Below are positions 37,050 to 41,325 of a stretch of DNA of 41,325 bases, in pieces. The notes below the pieces were generated by a model. That model did not search any database, had not been told where the DNA came from, and saw only the letters and a program-made list of their open reading frames with translations. A program made the position numbers and the translations under genes. Within the stretch, counting starts at the first letter, position 1. Every line of letters starts with the position of its first letter. Source of the stretch: Gammaproteobacteria bacterium (lineage in GTDB: Bacteria > Pseudomonadota > Gammaproteobacteria > Arenicellales > Poriferihabitantaceae); contig WLWV01000002.1 in the NCBI GenBank assembly GCA_012103395.1, forward strand, positions 1-41,325, written 5' to 3'.

Positions 37050-38164
37050 TTTCGAGAAATACAGAGACTATGAAATCTGATCTCGATCTGAAGCCCCAGA
37101 AGCTTAACACCAGAACCAGAACGGTTGGCCCGGACCTTAATCACTGGTATCCAGTTGGGTGGTCAGATGGATTGAAACCAGGTCAGGTCAAAAATCAGGT
37201 TTTATGGGAACAGGAGATTGCGGTTTATCGAGGTGACAATGGTGACGCTTATGCGGTTGAGGATGCCTGTTTGCATAAAGGGGTAGCGCTGCATAAGGGT
37301 GATGTTCAGGGGGATGAATTGGTATGTCCCTATCACGGGTGGCGTTTTGATGGCCAGGGGCGATGTGTGGGGATTCCGTATGTGGATGATTCGAATCGAC
37401 TCCCAAAGAAGTGTCTACGGCGTTATCCACTAAAAGAACGCTACAATCTGATTTGGGTGTTTCCGGGAGACCCAGTGCTATCAGAGAGTATGAGCTTGCC
37501 GGATGTTCCTGAATACGACGACCCGGACTGGTTGATTGTGGAAATACCCGCCCACTTTAATGTTCATTTTTCAATGGTAAATGAAAATCCTTTGGACGTT
37601 TTTCACGGCCATCTACATCGCGATCTCCAAGGCTGGTACAACCCCGTATTAGTGTCGATGGAAAACGATGAGGACACCGTTAAGGCTGAGTACGAAGTGA
37701 CCTTCAAAAATGGCTGGTTACCTCGAATACTGGGCTTGACCCGTTCAAAGGAGTCAGAAGTAAAAAAGCGAATTGGGGTTGGCTATTATTATCCGCATTG
37801 CCGAAATAATATGCCGGGAAAGTCGAATTATTACTTTATGAGACAACCGCAGGGACCGATGTCGACGCAATCATACTCGTTGTTGTGCCTGAAAATTCGT
37901 TTGCCAGTGTGGTTGGTGAGCGTTGTCCGTAAGCCCTTATCGAGAATCCTTTGGTGGTTTCTGATCAAGCCGTTTCTTGATCAGGATATTGATGTTATGG
38001 AGAGCGAGCAAGCCAATTTCCATCGAAATCCCAACAGAAGACATGTCGAAATAAACCCCGTGATCGCGGCTGCTCAGCTATTGACGGTAAAAAAATATGA
38101 TCAATATCTACAGCTACAAGATACGCGGTTACAAAAAACATCCAATAATAAAGTAAAAACCTAG
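37046..38164 (+). CDS. Rieske [2Fe-2S] non-haem-iron oxygenase (PaO/VanA-like), copy 2
   Basis: 372 aa. 'CLHKGVALHKG...CPYHGWRF' and 'NENPLDVFHGHLH'. Roughly half the residues are identical to copy 1. The GTG at 37046 overlaps the upstream stop; an alternative ATG is at 37070. Confidence 0.85.
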   Translation: MISRNTETMKSDLDLKPQKLNTRTRTVGPDLNHWYPVGWSDGLKPGQVKNQVLWEQEIAVYRGDNGDAYAVEDACLHKGVALHKGDVQGDELVCPYHGWRFDGQGRCVGIPYVDDSNRLPKKCLRRYPLKERYNLIWVFPGDPVLSESMSLPDVPEYDDPDWLIVEIPAHFNVHFSMVNENPLDVFHGHLHRDLQGWYNPVLVSMENDEDTVKAEYEVTFKNGWLPRILGLTRSKESEVKKRIGVGYYYPHCRNNMPGKSNYYFMRQPQGPMSTQSYSLLCLKIRLPVWLVSVVRKPLSRILWWFLIKPFLDQDIDVMESEQANFHRNPNRRHVEINPVIAAAQLLTVKKYDQYLQLQDTRLQKTSNNKVKT

Positions 38165-38204
38165 CTTTTCTGAACTTAGACGACTCTAATGGCTCTATCT
38201 TGAG

Positions 38205-39836
38205 CTAGGCTCCCACGAAGTGAACCTGAGTTGAGTTAGCAGCTTTAGGCTTTTTCAGTGGTTTCTCTGCTTTTGGTGGAATCATAAACCGATCCAGCTC
38301 CTCGTCACTTAGTTGGGACACCTGTGCCTCGATATCCTCGCGTATATGATCGCGATATTCGTAAAAGTGCTCAAAATGTGCACAGCAAATAATGAATCCG
38401 TGAGCGCCTGCTGGGTTCTTTTTTGATAGTTGGAGCAAGTAGCGCCAAAAAGCTCGTCGACTTGACCGGATAACCCCCTGCCGCCAGAGAACCACCAGTA
38501 AAACGAAAACTTCCCTAGGTCCAGGCCAATGAGTTTTCTCACGGCTGGGCCGACGTCCCAATATCATGGAGCTACGATAAGTTCGAGCAAGAAAGTTTTT
38601 AGGTTCATACAAAGCCTGATTGCATTCAAGGTGTTCCTTTACCAGTTCCCTTAAAGGGCGAGTGGGAATAAAGTTCATCAAATTCCCTTGAGTCAGGCTC
38701 GCGTGGTCGGTCTCTGGAATCATCCGCCCTTCCTTCTTAAGCCTGTCCATTAAATGGGTTTCTGGCAATGCCTGCAGCATATTCAGCATGGCATGGGGAA
38801 TGCCGGATTCATCGATAAAGTCGGCAATACGTTGGCCAGCACCTGCTTTCTCTCCGTCAAATCCGATGATAAAGCCACCCATAACCCGTATTCCGGCACG
38901 GTTAATTGCTTTCACCTGGTCTGTCAAGGACTGGCGTAAATTCTGGGTTTTCTTTGTCAGGACAAGGCTGTCCACATCGGGTGTTTCAATGCCTAGAAAG
39001 ACCGCGCAGAAATATGACTGACGCATTAACTCAAGAAGTTCAGGGTCTTCGGCCAGATTGACAGAAGCTTCTGTGGTTAAGGGAAACGGATAATCATATT
39101 TTTGTTGCCATTTAACAATCGCTTCTAACAAAGGCTTTACTTTGGGTTTATTACCGATGAAATTGTCATCAACGAGAAATACGCTCCGATTCCATCCAAG
39201 ATCATGTAAAGTCTGTAGTTCCTCGATAACTTGATCCGGTGTTTTTGTTCTTGGTTTACGCCCATATAGGATAATGATGTCACAGAACTCACACAAAAAT
39301 GGGCAGCCCCGAGAAAACTGAAGCGACATTTCACTGTAGTTACTAAATTTGAGTAAATCGTAACGGGGAACCGGGCTTTGTGTCATGTCCGCTTTTTCGT
39401 CATTCGCATCAAAAACACCTGAGGTCTCTCCTCTGCGTATTGCTTCAACAAATGGTGGAATCGTGATTTCCCCTTCTCCGAGTACGAGAAAGTCGGCGCC
39501 GGCATTGGAGGCGTCATCCGGCACTGAGGTATAGTAAGGGCCGCCAACGGCCACCAGTTTATTACGGCGTTTCCCTGCTTTAATAAGGTCAGTCATGGAC
39601 TCTTTTTGGACGATCATTCCAGATATCATAACAATCTCTGCCCATTCCCAATCGTCTTCTGTGAGATCGTTCGCGTTGCAGTCCACTAAGCGAAAATCCC
39701 AATTCTGAGGTAATAATGCCGCGACGGTGATAAGGCTTAGTGGTGGCAGCAGTGCTTTCTTTCCGATCATTTTTAGCAATCCTTCGTAGGACCAGTAAGA
39801 AGGAGGGAATTCTGGGTATATTAGTAAAGTTCTCAT
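38205..39836 (-). CDS. B12-binding-domain radical SAM enzyme (class B, with a DUF4070-like C-terminus)
   Basis: 543 aa. An N-terminal Rossmann-like cobalamin-binding region, the 'FSRGCPFLCEFCD' CxxxCxxC motif and a long C-terminal extension. Confidence 0.9.
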   Translation of the reverse strand: MRTLLIYPEFPPSYWSYEGLLKMIGKKALLPPLSLITVAALLPQNWDFRLVDCNANDLTEDDWEWAEIVMISGMIVQKESMTDLIKAGKRRNKLVAVGGPYYTSVPDDASNAGADFLVLGEGEITIPPFVEAIRRGETSGVFDANDEKADMTQSPVPRYDLLKFSNYSEMSLQFSRGCPFLCEFCDIIILYGRKPRTKTPDQVIEELQTLHDLGWNRSVFLVDDNFIGNKPKVKPLLEAIVKWQQKYDYPFPLTTEASVNLAEDPELLELMRQSYFCAVFLGIETPDVDSLVLTKKTQNLRQSLTDQVKAINRAGIRVMGGFIIGFDGEKAGAGQRIADFIDESGIPHAMLNMLQALPETHLMDRLKKEGRMIPETDHASLTQGNLMNFIPTRPLRELVKEHLECNQALYEPKNFLARTYRSSMILGRRPSREKTHWPGPREVFVLLVVLWRQGVIRSSRRAFWRYLLQLSKKNPAGAHGFIICCAHFEHFYEYRDHIREDIEAQVSQLSDEELDRFMIPPKAEKPLKKPKAANSTQVHFVGA

Positions 39837-40037
39837 AGTGACTCGGGTTTTTTATGCGGGCATAAGTAATCAGAGAAATGAAAGTTTGGCTCTCCAAATA
39901 AAACAGTATTGATAGTTCTTAACGCACCATATCACAGTGAAAGTCAGTTTGATCACATAATTGCCTATTATCTCGGTGTGGCGAATTAAGGCCAGTGTGC
40001 CAGGGAGTTTTTCTGAATCGAGTATTGGAATAATGGA

Positions 40038-41033
40038 TCAACTGGGTGCACTAGAGCGATGCCATGTCTTATGAGCTATCTTCCCGATGGTTTCTAAACC
40101 AAATAGACTGACGAAAATAGCCAAGGCGAACAAACGTATCAGGCGCATAATGAGTGAAAATATTATCCCAAGGCCGGGATCGATGCCAAGGACTAAGCAG
40201 ACGCCACCAATGGACCATTCGCGAACACCGATATTTCCCGGGGTAATGATAAAGGCGTGGGTAAGTCGATAGGTGGCAAGTAATAACGCGGCATTGTGTA
40301 ACTCAATAGGGCTCCCCAAGCCATCAAAGATAATGACAACGATGGTGGTTAATCCACAAAACATGAGAAATCCGATGCCAATTAGGTTTATGGACTGTTT
40401 GGTATTCTTTGCACAATCCCAGAATCCATCCAATAACTTCGCAATTTGTTCTCCAACGCGACCCGGGCAAAAACGCGTAGTGCAGAAGAATCGCAGCAAT
40501 TGGGTACCAATAGGGGCGATTAGAAAGGCGATCATTGCAAAGGACAACAAGAGTTCCATGGAGATTATTGAGGTTTCAAATTCCTCTAATAGGAGAAACC
40601 CAAGCAAGGCCGCTGTTGCAAATGTAATGAGTATGTCTAGCCACGAAATGAACAGAAAAACAGAGCCGTAGTTTGCGTACGCCAGATCGAAGTGTTGTTT
40701 AGCTAAGCGTGCACGATAAACATCGCCTGCTTGGGAGATAAAAAAGTTTAGACTTTGTCCAATTACGTTGATTCGCAACCACTTTCTGAAAAAAAAATGA
40801 TGATTGGCAAAGGACCGTATAACAAGATAAGTGCGAAATGCGAGTAAGCCGACGATTAATAAGTCAATAACGATAATAAGCGCGACATGTGAACGAGTGA
40901 GGTTTGATAGAGATTGTAATGCTTCAGGGTTCTGATTAAAGTAGCGAATAATCAGATAGATTAGCAGCAAGCTCAGCGTAATAATAAAAGTGTGTCGCAG
41001 AAGCTTTTTTTTATCGCTAAAAACGGACGTCAC
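40038..41033 (-). CDS. UPF0104 / lysylphosphatidylglycerol-synthase-TM-region-like (flippase-like) membrane protein
   Basis: 331 aa with about 8 TM helices. 'QAGDVYRARL' after TM3 and 'ITPGNIGVREW' late in the sequence are the motifs I associate with the UPF0104 family. Confidence 0.65.
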   Translation of the reverse strand: MTSVFSDKKKLLRHTFIITLSLLLIYLIIRYFNQNPEALQSLSNLTRSHVALIIVIDLLIVGLLAFRTYLVIRSFANHHFFFRKWLRINVIGQSLNFFISQAGDVYRARLAKQHFDLAYANYGSVFLFISWLDILITFATAALLGFLLLEEFETSIISMELLLSFAMIAFLIAPIGTQLLRFFCTTRFCPGRVGEQIAKLLDGFWDCAKNTKQSINLIGIGFLMFCGLTTIVVIIFDGLGSPIELHNAALLLATYRLTHAFIITPGNIGVREWSIGGVCLVLGIDPGLGIIFSLIMRLIRLFALAIFVSLFGLETIGKIAHKTWHRSSAPS

Positions 41034-41261
41034 GAGATGGTGTCATACAAAAAATGGGGTGATACGGGGAGGGGCACAATAGCTGTCATCTTGTAACAGG
41101 TGCAAAGTACGTTGAAAAAGTACTGTTTCGGATTTTTCATCTAATCCAAATAGAAGATCGCTGTCTGCGAAGCATGGCATCAAAGTTATCGCTTTATATG
41201 TAGAAGTTCAGACTTGAGCTGACAGTTACCCGTTTATCAGTAGCTGTCTGTCAGATAGAGT

Positions 41262-41325
41262 TTAGTTTACAAACTTTTCTTTCCAGATCGCTTTACCGTC
41301 GATGAGTGTTTCCATCGGCGTTCTC
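41262..41325 (-). CDS. 3' end of an unidentified gene that runs off the window
   Basis: Open frame on the minus strand ending '...METLIDGKAIWKEKFVN*' with the stop at 41262-41264. Too short to assign. Confidence 0.3.
   Translation of the reverse strand, partial: RTPMETLIDGKAIWKEKFVN

Noticed and set aside
38205-39836. Assigning the B12-radical SAM enzyme specifically as a hopanoid methylase/HpnJ, or as BchE.
   Set aside because: The window contains no squalene-hopene cyclase, hpn, bch or other pathway genes. Motif-level reading cannot separate class B rSAM subfamilies.
39985-40002. A perfect TGGCAC on the minus strand between UPF0104 and the rSAM gene, considered as a sigma54 -24 element.
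   Set aside because: The -12 position, 5 nt downstream, reads CCTT rather than TTGC, so the bipartite sigma54 motif is not present.
1-41325. A scan for CRISPR arrays, tRNA/rRNA genes, IS elements, integrases, toxin-antitoxin pairs and known phage-defence gene signatures.
   Set aside because: I saw no regularly spaced direct repeats, no cloverleaf-like or rRNA-like sequence, no DDE or tyrosine/serine recombinase motifs, and no nuclease/ATPase/RT-type defence gene combinations in any frame. A computational scan (tRNAscan, Infernal, ISfinder, defence-system HMMs) would be needed to be certain.

Overview
This 41.3-kb segment looks chromosomal. Its gene content resembles a marine heterotrophic gammaproteobacterium, but that is inference only. 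All calls come from motifs read in the supplied translations and from manual reading of the intergenic DNA; no database or HMM search was possible. I support about 41 protein-coding genes and one gene remnant. I recognised no rRNA, tRNA, CRISPR array, transposase or integrase. Left to right:

- **504-5002:** a TauD-like dioxygenase, a second Fe(II)/2OG oxygenase and an SDR, divergent from an amidase.
- **5127-6285:** an M23 lipoprotein and a 7Fe ferredoxin.
- **6497-10628:** a partial histidine-utilisation operon, hutI-hutU plus an ornithine cyclodeaminase-family gene. A HutC-type palindrome sits in its promoter spacer.
- **10819-15255:** a PhyH-family dioxygenase, an isochorismatase remnant, yjgA, a DUF1289 gene, a sulfatase and a DUF4149 gene.
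- **15337-18068:** two divergent phosphoribosyltransferase paralogues. One heads an operon with a class-I glutamine amidotransferase and a SnoaL-like protein.
- **18158-22523:** DUF4399, an ECF sigma/anti-sigma pair, a GST and a GMC oxidoreductase.
- **22826-26048:** a three-gene hydroxyproline catabolic module.
- **26414-30506:** an envelope-glycosylation-like module: GT2 with a membrane anchor, secreted DUF547, soluble GT2 and a GT-C-like polytopic protein.
- **30857-33301:** a small secreted protein, a Na+/H+ antiporter and a GFA-family protein.
- **33842-41033:** a convergent locus of FUN14, a DUF962/Mpo1-like::amidohydrolase_2 fusion and two tandem Rieske oxygenases, facing a B12-binding radical SAM enzyme and a UPF0104 (MprF-TM-like) membrane protein.

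Three things deserve a second look. The first is the last locus, a membrane-anchored oxidative/radical tailoring cluster with no assignable pathway. The second is the GT2-DUF547-GT2/GT-C module. The third is a 35-bp sequence present twice in inverted orientation (32/35 identical), immediately upstream of two outward-facing operons. It carries a sigmaE/AlgU-like CAACTT-N17-TCAGA motif.
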